Source: Acidimicrobiaceae bacterium
GTDB taxonomy: Bacteria; Actinomycetota; Acidimicrobiia; Acidimicrobiales; Aldehydirespiratoraceae
Direction of reading: 5' to 3'
Assembly: GCA_026708645.1 (NCBI GenBank)
Contig: JAPOUM010000026.1
Span: 66,997 to 130,996, forward strand
Length of the DNA stretch: 64,000 nucleotides
In this document: positions 37,331 through 46,029 of the stretch, piece after piece
Position numbering within the stretch: the stretch's first letter is position 1
Layout: each line of letters begins with the position of its first letter
Position numbers and translations under genes: made by a program
Notes under the pieces: generated by a model
What the model was told of the DNA's origin: nothing
Database searches by the model: none
Seen by the model: the letters and a program-made list of their open reading frames with translations, nothing else

Positions 37331-37479
37331 CGTCTCAAACCCGGCGCCGCCGCAGTGCTGCGCCGGGGCACGGATATGCGCTCTTGCGCGCCGAAGACAG
37401 CGGATTCAACCACGGCGGCGACCGTAACCCGCCAGCCTCTCCCGCCCGCGGATACCCCGCAACGGATGCTCTGCCGCCC

Positions 37480-38100
37480 GCTTCGACTGCTTCGCCTGGC
37501 TGATTCGTGCGGTTCGTCGTCTGTGAGTTGTGCCTGTTCGTCGCCTGTGGCGGTGTTGCTGTCTGATTTGTGCGGCGTGCCCAGCAGTCTGTCGTTGATC
37601 CTTGTCGCCGCGGCGCTTTGTTGTCTGTTTCGCCTGGCTGATTCGTGCGGTTCGTCGCCTGTGGGTCGTGCCTGTTCGTCGCCTGTGGCACGACCGGCGC
37701 GGACGGGGTGCTCGCCCGCGCCGACGTCGCTCGTGGGTCGTGCTTGTCCGTCGCCTGCGGCGGTTTTGCTGTCTGGTCTGTCTGTCTGTCTGGTTTGTGC
37801 GGTTCGTCGCCTGTGGGTCGTGCCTGTTCGTCGCCTGTGGCACGACCGGCGCGGACGGGGTGCTCGCCCGCGCCGACGTCGCTCGTGGGTCGTGCTTGTC
37901 CGTCGCCTGCGGCGGTTTTGCTGTCTGGTCTGTCTGTCTGTCTGGTTTGTGCGGTTCGTCGCCTGTGGGTCGTGCCTGTTCGTCGCCTGTGGCACGACCG
38001 GCGCGGACGGGGTGCTCGCCCGCGCCGACGTCGCTCGTGGGTCGTGCTTGTCCGTCGCCTGCGGCGGTTCTGCTGTCTGGTCTGTCTGGCTGATTCGTGT
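37480..38100. repeat. Non-coding tandem array: 152-bp unit x3 plus one degenerate leading copy
   Basis: GTGCGGTTCGTCGCCTGTGGGTCGTGCCTGTTCGTCGCCTGTGGCACGACCGGCGCGGACGGGGTGCTCGCCCGCGCCGACG.. restarts at 37645, 37797 and 37949. Each unit contains the hairpin CGGCGCGG-N13-CCGCGCCG and a (CTGT)n tract. The period is not a multiple of 3. Confidence 0.9.
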
Positions 38101-38185
38101 GGATGCAAAGATCATAACTTATAATAGCTTCATATATTATTTTGCAATAACCAATGTAATCCTGTGATCCTGTGATCCTGTGAAT
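38101..38185. other. Sharp A+T-rich patch with CCTGTGAT x3 micro-repeat
   Basis: GGATGCAAAGATCATAACTTATAATAGCTTCATATATTATTTTGCAATAACCAATGTAATCCTGTGATCCTGTGATCCTGTGAATC, embedded in otherwise very G+C-rich DNA between the 152-bp array and the DUF222-HNH tail. Confidence 0.8.
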
Positions 38186-38456
38186 CTTTCGAGCCGCCCG
38201 CGACGGCGACGAACATGCAAGTGCGGAGCGCTCCCCCCAGGTTGAAGGCTCGAAGGCCGAGAAGGGGAGCACTCGGCACCGCACTTCCGCCGATCCCCAG
38301 TCTGTAACCGCAGACCGCGCGGCTTGTGACGCCCGCTCGGTGTCGCGAGCTTGTGTTGCTCTTCCCCGCTGGCTTCGGTCGGTCATCACAGGGCAGGGTC
38401 ACGATGTCGCGGGCGGCCTCGCGGTCGGCGGCGGCGAACATGCAGACCTCGGTCGG

Positions 38457-40271
38457 TCACCACAGGGCGGGGTCGCGGGCTCTGGTTCTGCCTTCGCGGC
38501 TACTGGTTTCGGTCCGGGCTCGGGCTTTGCGGGTTCGCGTTCGAGTCGAGGGTCCGGGTGGTTCTGGGGCTGGTGGATAGTCGTCTGCGCGGGCCGGCCC
38601 GTAGCGGGGTTGCGTTGCCGGGTTGTCGGGCGGGTGCAGGGTGTGGCTGCCGTCAGAATGCTCTTCAATCCGCCAGTTGTGGTGGTGGATCTTGTGGTGG
38701 CAGTTCCAGCAGACCATGATCAGGTTCTTGATGTTGGTGGGGCCTCCTTGTGAGTAGGGGGTGATGTGATGGGCTTGGCACATGCCCGCGGGCGCCCCGC
38801 AATGGAAGCAGCCGCCGTAGGTGGCGAGCAGTGCTTGCCATTGCGTGTCCGACACGGTGCGTCGTGATCGGCTGCGCCAGATGGCGTCACCGGCACGGTC
38901 GAACACCAGCCCGGCCCAGCGGGCGTTGCACGACAGTTCTTCGAGCACCGCCGCAGGGAGTTTGGATCCGTCGGAGAGTTCGCCGATGAGTTCGCCGGTG
39001 CTGGCGTCCACATGGGCGAGCACTGTGATGTCAGCGACCCAACCGGCGCCCGCATTACCGCCGCTGCTTTCGTCTGCGCTGACTGCATCAGCGGCGTCGT
39101 CTGTGCTGTTGGCGCAGGCTGCGGCGTTTGTGCTGTGGGAGTGTTGAGCGCAACCGCAACCAACGTCGCTGCTGTCAGCGTCGCCGCCGCCGCTGCCGGT
39201 GATAGCGCTCACCGAACCGTCGCTGTCTGTGCTGCGAGATTGTTGAACACAACCGCAGCCGTCTCCGTCGCTGTCAGCGTCGCCTGGGCCGGCGAGTCCA
39301 ACCGACAACCGTCCGCGATGCCCGCGTTCGTGTCCGTGGTCGCCGTGACAGGTTTCTGCGCTGCCGGATCCCGCCTTCGTATCGCCGCAACCGATGTCTG
39401 TGCCGCTGGACGCATGTTTGCCGCAGGCTGCGGTGTCCGTGCTGCAAGTCGCGCTGCGGGCGGCGTCGCCGGTTCGTGGGCTGCCGGTTCGAGCGTTGCC
39501 GTTGCCGCTGCTGCGGGTGGGGCTGGTCGCGGCTTTTGCGTTCTGAGCGTCGCCGGCGCTGGTTCTGGTGGTGTGGTGTTGCAGGGCGTCGGCCATGCAT
39601 TGCGGGAACTTGCGCCGCTGCGCCTGAGTCTGTTTCTTGTCGGCGTCGAGCAGCCTGCCGGCGGTGTGGCGCAGCCGGTTGCGGATGCGTGTGCCGGTGA
39701 TCTTGTCGAACTCGCCGTGCAGGCACACCATGCCGTCGTCAGTGTCGTAGATCTTCAAATATCGTCTGGCGCGTTGGCGCAGATACTCCGCTGTGCCGTC
39801 ATCAGCCTGCTGTGAGCCGATCCAGCGCTGCGCGGTTTTAGCGAACTGCTCGGGACGCATCGACTGAGCCTGCGCCAACAACCTGGCGTCGCCAGCGACG
39901 GCAGCAGAACCGGTCTTGGTGATCGCGTCAGCCAGCCGTCGGGCGTTGGCTTGCGGAACGTCACCGGACTGAACAGCGTCACGCAGTCTCGGCACCTTTT
40001 GTAGCGCTGCGGCTGTGGCGACCTGAGCATGGGCTTCGCGCTGCGACAAGCCTGCAGAAGATGCCAGGATCTCAGCGCCGCCGTCGCCGTGGCGTTCCCG
40101 TCTGGCGATCAGCTCAGCCGCTGCGGTCTGGAACGCGGCGCCGGTGGCCATGAACACCCGCGTCTGCTCCAACGCGGCGCGCAACTCAGCAGTTGCCACG
40201 CCGCCGGCATGCACTGCTTTGAGCATCCGGTCAGCGGCTGCGGCCGCTTGTCGAGCGTCTTCTAACACCAT
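38457..40271 (-). CDS. DUF222 / HNH endonuclease protein (REP13E12-like), copy A
   Basis: 604 aa. DUF222-type N-terminus (..ELIARRERHGDGGAEILASSAGLSQREAH..VPRLRDAVQSGDV..MRPEQFAKTAQRW..YLKIYDTDDGMVCLHGEFD), a low-complexity Cys/Gly/Asp-rich middle, and a C-terminal HNH CFHCGAPAGMCQAHHITPYSQGGPTNIKNLIMVCWNCHHKIHH. Confidence 0.9.
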   Translation of the reverse strand: MVLEDARQAAAAADRMLKAVHAGGVATAELRAALEQTRVFMATGAAFQTAAAELIARRERHGDGGAEILASSAGLSQREAHAQVATAAALQKVPRLRDAVQSGDVPQANARRLADAITKTGSAAVAGDARLLAQAQSMRPEQFAKTAQRWIGSQQADDGTAEYLRQRARRYLKIYDTDDGMVCLHGEFDKITGTRIRNRLRHTAGRLLDADKKQTQAQRRKFPQCMADALQHHTTRTSAGDAQNAKAATSPTRSSGNGNARTGSPRTGDAARSATCSTDTAACGKHASSGTDIGCGDTKAGSGSAETCHGDHGHERGHRGRLSVGLAGPGDADSDGDGCGCVQQSRSTDSDGSVSAITGSGGGDADSSDVGCGCAQHSHSTNAAACANSTDDAADAVSADESSGGNAGAGWVADITVLAHVDASTGELIGELSDGSKLPAAVLEELSCNARWAGLVFDRAGDAIWRSRSRRTVSDTQWQALLATYGGCFHCGAPAGMCQAHHITPYSQGGPTNIKNLIMVCWNCHHKIHHHNWRIEEHSDGSHTLHPPDNPATQPRYGPARADDYPPAPEPPGPSTRTRTRKARARTETSSREGRTRARDPALW

Positions 40272-40365
40272 GAACAGCAGTATAGGTCATGGGTGTGACA
40301 TTCACACCTATTTCATGAAAAAATCTTGTTCAACAATCCAAAATTTGATCTTCTGAGGTAGGCAT
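40272..40365 (-). promoter_or_regulatory. Conserved upstream module of DUF222-HNH copy A: A+T-rich tract, palindrome GGTGTGA-N3-TCACACC, TATACT 7 nt before the ATG
   Basis: Minus strand reads ..GATTTTTTCATGAAATAGGTGTGAATGTCACACCCATGACCTATACTGCTGTTC-ATG. Palindrome at 40292-40308, TATACT at 40284-40279. The same module precedes copy B. Confidence 0.6.
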
Positions 40366-40790
40366 CCATGCCAGAAAGCCCAGCCCCAGAAAGCCCAGCC
40401 AGGATGCCCGACCCACGCCCCCCCCCGGTTCAGGGTGCCCAGTCCAAGACTGGCACACTTCGAGCCAACGACTTCTGCCTAAGGCGGCCCAAGAAGCCCG
40501 GCTCAGGATGCCCGGCTCAGGATGCCCGGCCCAAGAAGCCCAGGCGCCCGCCCAAGACGCTCGGACGCTCAGCCCCAGAAAGCCCGGCCCAGAAAGCCCG
40601 GCCGCCCTGACGCCCAACCTAGAACGCCCCACTCGGGAAGCCCAGCTCTGGATGCCCGGCCCAAGAAGCCCAGGCGCCCGCCTAAGACGCTCGGCCCGGA
40701 TGCCCGACCCAAGACGCTCGCCCAAGACCAAGCGCTCAGCCCAAGACCCTCGGCCGCCCTACGCCCAGCCTGCACAGTGATGCCGCCAAC
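40360..40790. repeat. Degenerate short-unit repeat field (CCCAGAAAGCCCGGC / GGATGCCCGGC / CCAAGAAGCCCAGGCGCCCGCCYAAGACGCTCGG)
   Basis: CCAGAAAGCCC occurs 4 times, GGATGCCCG(G/A)C 5 times, and the 34-nt CCAAGAAGCCCAGGCGCCCGCC(C/T)AAGACGCTCGG twice (40531 and 40661). All six frames are open, and no convincing start or RBS is present. Confidence 0.75.
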
Positions 40791-40988
40791 GCGCGAAATC
40801 GCCGCGTCGTGGTAATGCCGCCCTTGAATGCGAGGTTATTCGCCGGTCGTGGCACGCCCTAACGGCTGCGAAGGCATCACAGTGTTCGACATCGAGCGCG
40901 CGAGGGTTCCTCGCTGGTCGTGGCACGCCTTAACGGCCCTCTGCGGCCAGGAGCGAGATAAGCGCTGCCTGGAGCACTCCCGCTGGAG

Positions 40989-42137
40989 TCAGTTCCAGTG
41001 GTTGGACTTGTACACCTCCATGTCTTCGCCGTGAAGCTGCCGGGTGGCGTTGCCGATGCGCACCCAGAACTCGGAGTGACCGGCACCGCCCTCGTGGGGC
41101 TTGGCGAAGACCGGTTTGCCCGACGAGGACACCGAGACGACGCAGACGTCTAAGCCATCGCCACCGACATTCTCGCCACCGACATTCTCGCCACCGACGT
41201 CCTCGCCACCGACGTCCTCGCTGCCAGCGTGCTCGAAGCTCTCGGAGTTCTCGAAGCCGATGCGGACGATCCCAGCCGTTGGAGTCGAGAGGGCGTCGTC
41301 GAGCATCTGGCGCAGGAACAGTTCGTAGCCGTCTTTGTCCTTCTTGTGAAGCGTCTGCAAGTCTGATCCGAGCCCGACGACGCTGCCGCCGTCATCGACG
41401 CCGATGAGCAGTTTGCCGCCTTGGGAGTTCAGGAAACCGCAGACTGTCTTAGCGATGACATGCTCCAACCGTTTGTCGGGTCTGCCGGCATGGAGGTTCC
41501 AGCGGGCAGTCGACTTGAACTCCACGGTCTGCGATTCCCCCACGCGCAGCAGTTCGAAGATGCTCTCCGTCGCCGGCACCGGGGTGTCGTCCTCCCACAA
41601 GATGTTGAAACCGTCACGCACCACACGCGCGAGGAGCGTCCGCCGTCGCTCGCAGAAGGTCGCGTAGTCGAGTTGCTCCCAGCCGACGGGAAGAGCGTGC
41701 CAGTAGGTCTGGCGTTGCAGCCTGTCGGGATCGAGTCGTGCCGTTATCTCCTGCCAGTATGTGGCGGGGCCTTGAGCCGCGATGGTGGCATTGTCGGGCC
41801 AGTCGAGATAAGCCATATTGGCGATCGCGTTGATGTTGCGGTTGCCGGTGACCCCCAGTGTGGCGAGGTGGGCCTTCGGGAAAAGGTGGTGCCGCTCCAC
41901 TGATCGGGGAGCGACCACGGCGGGGTCGAGCAGATCGCGCAGTTTCAAGTCGCTGAACAGCGCTTCGGCATCGAGGAGGTTCAAGGCGGCCTGATAAGCC
42001 GACAGGACCGGTGACTTGGCAGCGGATGTGTCGAGCAGGTTGGGTAGCGAAATCTCCCAATAGTCGGTGGTGAACGTTGCTCGCACGAGGCGGTCGAGTT
42101 CGTCGCAGAATGCCTGCCCGCCCGCAGATCTGCGCAA
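40989..42137 (-). CDS. DUF1524 (GmrSD C-terminal His-Me finger)-like region fused to an AlbA_2/Schlafen-type domain; apparently lacks the usual DUF262 N-terminus
   Basis: 382 aa. ..RSVERHHLFPKAHL..NRNINAIANMAYLDWPDNATI.. is a DUF1524-like HxxP..N..N pattern. Then ..ESQTVEFKSTARWNLH..HVIAKTVCGFLNSQGGKLLIGVDDGGSVVGL.. matches the AlbA_2 signature. Only ~190 bp separate its start from the next gene, so there is no room for a DUF262 domain. Confidence 0.6.
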   Translation of the reverse strand: MRRSAGGQAFCDELDRLVRATFTTDYWEISLPNLLDTSAAKSPVLSAYQAALNLLDAEALFSDLKLRDLLDPAVVAPRSVERHHLFPKAHLATLGVTGNRNINAIANMAYLDWPDNATIAAQGPATYWQEITARLDPDRLQRQTYWHALPVGWEQLDYATFCERRRTLLARVVRDGFNILWEDDTPVPATESIFELLRVGESQTVEFKSTARWNLHAGRPDKRLEHVIAKTVCGFLNSQGGKLLIGVDDGGSVVGLGSDLQTLHKKDKDGYELFLRQMLDDALSTPTAGIVRIGFENSESFEHAGSEDVGGEDVGGENVGGENVGGDGLDVCVVSVSSSGKPVFAKPHEGGAGHSEFWVRIGNATRQLHGEDMEVYKSNHWN

Positions 42138-42327
42138 CGCTGCGTCGTCTCGGCGTCATAACCGTCAACACCGCCGCCGCATCGGCTGGGTTTCAGCTCC
42201 CGATAGATCATCGAAGGGTCCCGCTCCGCCCCATTCCTCGCCGGCGCCGGTGCGGTACCGCCCCATCCCCAGCCGCCGCTAGCGCTGGGGTGCCAGTCCC
42301 AGACGAAGCTGCGAGTCCTTGCGGGTC

Positions 42328-43125
42328 TCAGGCTTCGGTGTCCCACCAGATGGTCACTCGCTCACGCGTGAACGGCTGACCGGCCATCAGTTCAGCCACC
42401 TCGGGCTCTCGCTCCGGCGGCAGGCAGAGATTACGGCACCACTGGGCCGCTTCGAAGGCCCGGCGCTGCTCGGCTCGTGGGTCATCACCCAGCAGCGACT
42501 CCTCGACGACCGGCTCGAAACCGGCCTCGGCGATCGCTTCTACCGCTGTCGCCGCTGTCGGTTCGTGAGGACGTTGCAACCCCCAGAAGTGCTGCCACAG
42601 CGCGCGGCGGCGGTCCTGTGGATGCTTGGGTGTGATCTCTATCACCACCCGTCGTCGGGCCTTGGCGTCCAGCGCGGCAACGAAGGGCACGATTTCGGCG
42701 GTGTTGTAGAGCACGTTGTGACACACCACCACATCGGCTGCGGGCACTGCGTCGGCCGCTTCGGGCCATGGCCCTGCATGGACTTGAGCGGCGAGCCCAC
42801 GCGCAACAGCGGTGGATGCGAACAGTTCGAGCATGTCTTCTTGGCGGTCGGTGCCGGTCACCTCGGTAGCCGGGGGCGTCACTGCGAACGCTGCCGAACC
42901 GCCTCCGCAGCCGACGTCGAGCACCGAGCCGCCATCGCCGAGCGCTTCAGCAGCTCGGCGATTCGACAGCGACGGCTCGAAAGTGCCCGGATCGGGCGCA
43001 GCAAAAATCTCCGGCGAGAACACGAAAGGCTGCCGGGCGGCGGAATCCAGAATCTTCTGAGGGACGGCCCAGTCGGCCATCTGCCGGGCCCAGCGCTGCG
43101 CGGCCGTCTCAGTGGCGGCTCGCAC
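42328..43125 (-). CDS. Class I SAM-dependent methyltransferase
   Basis: 265 aa. Motif I VLDVGCGGGSAAFAV, then VTGTDRQEDML, then VVVCHNVLYN. Substrate unknown. Confidence 0.75.
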   Translation of the reverse strand: MRAATETAAQRWARQMADWAVPQKILDSAARQPFVFSPEIFAAPDPGTFEPSLSNRRAAEALGDGGSVLDVGCGGGSAAFAVTPPATEVTGTDRQEDMLELFASTAVARGLAAQVHAGPWPEAADAVPAADVVVCHNVLYNTAEIVPFVAALDAKARRRVVIEITPKHPQDRRRALWQHFWGLQRPHEPTAATAVEAIAEAGFEPVVEESLLGDDPRAEQRRAFEAAQWCRNLCLPPEREPEVAELMAGQPFTRERVTIWWDTEA

Positions 43126-43165
43126 GCTCTGGGAGTTGGGAATGACTGCTGGTCTGGGTCGGCGA

Positions 43166-43789
43166 CTATCCTGCTGTAGTGCTGGTCGCAGGCAGGCTGC
43201 CGCAGGCTTCGCCCGGTCCTGTGTAGAGGCCGCCGACTATGTACCAGCCGGACTCGCGGCCTAGCTGATTGAACGACGTTGCGGTCAGTCGAACCGGCAC
43301 GCCGGGCTCGACCCCGCGAGCACGAGCAGCCCAACGGCTGCCGCCGGCACGGGTGGTGTCGATCTGGCTGACCGTGTATTCGCCGTTGGTGACCATCGCT
43401 CCACTCGAGTTGGAGACGTAAACGCGGATCTTCGATACTGCAGAGGGGTCAGGCAATGCGTCGAACTCGACGGTGAGCTCATTGGGAGCGCTGCCTGCCC
43501 GGCACTTCACATTGCTCGGCGGCACCGGCGGCGCCACAGTCTCTGCGGGCAGCACGGTGGTGCTAGTGGTGACCACCGTGACCAATTCTGGAACGATGGT
43601 GGTGGGAGGCAACACAACAGGGGCCGTCGTCGGTGGGGTGACCAACGGCTGAGTGGTGGTTGTGGTCACGGGCGCCGTGGTTGTGGTCACTTCGTCGACG
43701 GCGTCGCCGTCGCCACTGTCGTCGTCGCTGCATGCCGCAGCGACCAACGTCAGAGCAAGGACTGTCGCCGCAAGCCTCAATGATCGCAT
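43166..43789 (-). CDS. Hypothetical lipoprotein
   Basis: ATG 43789 is preceded by AAGGAG. MRSLRLAATVLALTLVAAAC-SDD lipobox, a Thr-rich linker, and a beta-rich C-terminal domain. Confidence 0.65.
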   Translation of the reverse strand: MRSLRLAATVLALTLVAAACSDDDSGDGDAVDEVTTTTAPVTTTTTQPLVTPPTTAPVVLPPTTIVPELVTVVTTSTTVLPAETVAPPVPPSNVKCRAGSAPNELTVEFDALPDPSAVSKIRVYVSNSSGAMVTNGEYTVSQIDTTRAGGSRWAARARGVEPGVPVRLTATSFNQLGRESGWYIVGGLYTGPGEACGSLPATSTTAG

Positions 43790-43909
43790 CAGGAACTCCT
43801 TTGTTGCAGCCCTCCACACGGTGAGCCGAGCCCTGTCGAACGACAAGACCTAACTCTTCAGGCCCAATCATAGGCTGCTGCGTGGTGGTTGCACATGCCG
43901 GGCTGACAG

Positions 43910-44680
43910 TTGTCCACACCTAAGGGCGAACTCTGCGAGTTGCTGGCAGGCGTTGATCCCGCGCCTCGACTCTGGTCGGCCATCGACAGCGGGCGGATGG
44001 CGGCACTGGTTCCTGAGCTTCTACTGCTGAGAATGGAGCAGGATCCGATCCACCGACACAAAGATGTGCTGGCGCACACGGTTGCGGTCGTGGCCAAGAC
44101 CCCTGACGATCTGACGGTGAGGCTGGCGGCGCTGTTCCATGACATCGGCAAACCCCGCACCCGCAGCTACGAGCACGGCGAGGTGACCTTCCGTCATCAC
44201 GAAGCCGTCGGCGCCCGCATGGCTCGCAAGCGTCTGACCGAACTTGATTTCGACGAGGCGATGATCGAAGACGTCAGCGAACTGGTGAGATTGTCGGGCC
44301 GTTTCAAGGGCTATGCGTCCGGCTGGAGCGACTCGGCGGTGCGGCGCTACGCACGAGACGCGGGGCCGCTGCTGGGGCGCCTCAACCAGCTGGTTCGATC
44401 GGACTGCACCACCCGAAACCGCGCCAAAGAGGCCGACCTCCATCGCCAGATCGACGACCTCGAACGTCGCATAGCTGCTTTGGCTGAGGCCGAGCGCCGC
44501 GCCGCGCGGCGTCCCCAGATCGACGGAAGCGCAGTGATGGCGCATCTCGGGGTGCCGCCCGGGCCGATGGTGGGCAGAGCCTTGGCCTGGCTGTTGGAGC
44601 TCAAGCAGTCCGAAGGAGAGCTCCCTGAGGAGGAGTTGCTGCGACGGCTCGACCTTTGGTGGTCCGAGAATCGCCCGTGA
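43910..44680 (+). CDS. HD-domain protein corresponding to the C-terminal half of actinobacterial CCA-adding enzyme / poly(A) polymerase family
   Basis: 256 aa. ..ALVPELLLLRMEQDPIHRHKDVLAHTVAVV..LAALFHDIGKPRT..FRHHEAVGARMARKRL..LVRLSGRFKGY..AVRRYARDAG..CTTRN. No nucleotidyltransferase head (GGxVRD/DxD) lies upstream. Confidence 0.65.
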   Translation: MSTPKGELCELLAGVDPAPRLWSAIDSGRMAALVPELLLLRMEQDPIHRHKDVLAHTVAVVAKTPDDLTVRLAALFHDIGKPRTRSYEHGEVTFRHHEAVGARMARKRLTELDFDEAMIEDVSELVRLSGRFKGYASGWSDSAVRRYARDAGPLLGRLNQLVRSDCTTRNRAKEADLHRQIDDLERRIAALAEAERRAARRPQIDGSAVMAHLGVPPGPMVGRALAWLLELKQSEGELPEEELLRRLDLWWSENRP

Positions 44681-44693
44681 GCCTGCCCGACTG

Positions 44694-44771
44694 CCATCCC
44701 AATGAGACCTCCATCCCATCCCAATGAGACCTCCATCCCATCCCAATGAGACCTCCATCCCAATGAGACCT
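44694..44771. repeat. Tandem repeat, 17-nt core CCATCCCAATGAGACCT x4 (periods 22, 22, 17)
   Basis: Copies start at 44694, 44716, 44738 and 44755, between the HD gene stop and glnII. Confidence 0.9.
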
Positions 44772-44965
44772 CGAGAGGCTTCCACGCTGGCGTGGCGGGC
44801 TTTTGCGCTGTCTTCAGCGCCGGTTGCGCGGCGGCCTGTCGGAGGCGCTTTCGTGAGCCCTGTCGAGAATTGCCGCAGGCCCGATAGCCTCTCTCGGGGC
44901 TCGGGGCTTGCACCCGAAGCAAACCAGCAAATCAATAGACCAAGACACGAGGGCAAGGAGCAGGC

Positions 44966-45988
44966 GTGACTTATCGGGCCGAATACCTGTGGATCGACGG
45001 CAACGAGCCGGTGGGCGAGCTTCGCACCAAGACCAAGATCCTGAAGAACGACGAAGAGCCCCCGATCTGGGGCTTCGACGGCTCGTCGACCAATCAGGCC
45101 ACCGGCGACAACTCCGACGTGGTGCTCAAGCCGGTCTTCACCTGCGGCGACCCGGTGCGCGGCGGCGACAACATTCTGGTGCTGTGCGAGACGCTGCTCA
45201 CCAAAGACCTGTCCCCGCATCCCACCAACCGCCGCGCCGAGTGCGTGGCCGTCTACGAGAAGTACAAGGATCAAGAACCCTGGTTCGGCATGGAGCAGGA
45301 GTACACGCTGCTTGACGCCATCACGCGCTGGCCGGCCGGGTTCCCGCCTGCGGGCTTCCCGCCGCCGCAAGGCCCCTACTATTGCGGAGTCGGCGCAGGC
45401 CGCATCTCGGGCCGCGACCTCATCGAAGAGCACACCACGGCCTGTATCGAAGCCGGCTTGACCATCGCCGGCACCAACGCTGAGGTCATGCCCGGGCAGT
45501 GGGAGTTCCAAATCGGCCCGTTGGACACTGTCACAGTCGCCGACCACATCTGGGTTGCCCGCTATCTGCTGTTCCGTCTCGCGGAGAAGCACGGCATCGA
45601 GGTGACCATAGATCCCAAGCCGATGCTCGGCGACTGGAACGGCGCCGGCATGCACACCAACGTCTCGACCAAGTCGATGCGTCAGGGCTATGAGCCGATC
45701 ATCGCAGCTTGCGAGTCGCTGGGCATGGCCGGCAAGCCCGAAGAGCATCTCGCCGGCTACGGCGCCGGCATCGAGTTCCGCCTCACCGGCGAGCACGAGA
45801 CCGAGCGTTACGACCAGTACTCCTACGGCGTGTCCGACCGGGGCGCCTCCGTGCGGATCCCCTGGCAGGTCGCTCGCGACGGCAAGGGTTACATCGAGGA
45901 TCGTCGCCCCAACGCCAACGCCGATCCCTACCATGTGACCGCGCTGCTGACGAGGACCATCTGCGAGGCTCTCGTCGGCTTCGACTGA
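44966..45988 (+). CDS. glnII: Glutamine synthetase type II (eukaryote-like GSII)
   Basis: 340 aa, GTG start. YLWIDGNEPVGELRTKTK..WGFDGSSTNQA..SDVVLKPV..PWFGMEQEY..YYCGVG..NAEVMPGQWEFQIGP..GAGMHTNVS..NEHR-like TGEHET..ASVRIP..YIEDRRPNANADPY. Confidence 0.9.
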   Translation: MTYRAEYLWIDGNEPVGELRTKTKILKNDEEPPIWGFDGSSTNQATGDNSDVVLKPVFTCGDPVRGGDNILVLCETLLTKDLSPHPTNRRAECVAVYEKYKDQEPWFGMEQEYTLLDAITRWPAGFPPAGFPPPQGPYYCGVGAGRISGRDLIEEHTTACIEAGLTIAGTNAEVMPGQWEFQIGPLDTVTVADHIWVARYLLFRLAEKHGIEVTIDPKPMLGDWNGAGMHTNVSTKSMRQGYEPIIAACESLGMAGKPEEHLAGYGAGIEFRLTGEHETERYDQYSYGVSDRGASVRIPWQVARDGKGYIEDRRPNANADPYHVTALLTRTICEALVGFD

Positions 45989-46029
45989 GCGACGCGCGCA
46001 GCCGGGCAACGCCGCCGCGCGCGGTGACA

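Noticed and set aside
36944-38389. Long ORFs (407, 327, 263 and 257 aa) running through the 152-bp tandem array on both strands
   Set aside because: The repeat period (152) is not a multiple of 3, so successive units would be read in different frames. All six frames are open, as expected for G+C-rich repeats. The translations are Arg/Pro/Thr low-complexity sequences, and one ORF runs through the A+T-rich patch with implausible sequence.
40368-40815. Possible Pro/Lys-rich repeat protein (PKKPRRPPKTLG-type) encoded in the short-unit repeat field
   Set aside because: Overlapping ORFs are open in several frames on both strands, there is no RBS or start context, and the repeat words have lengths that are not multiples of three. 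It was kept only as a repeat feature.
45709-46029. N-terminal ~107-codon extension of the nadE ORF overlapping glnII
   Set aside because: It is out of frame within the well-supported glnII coding region and is Arg-rich. CN-hydrolase similarity starts only at ..LRVAVCQINP (about 46135).
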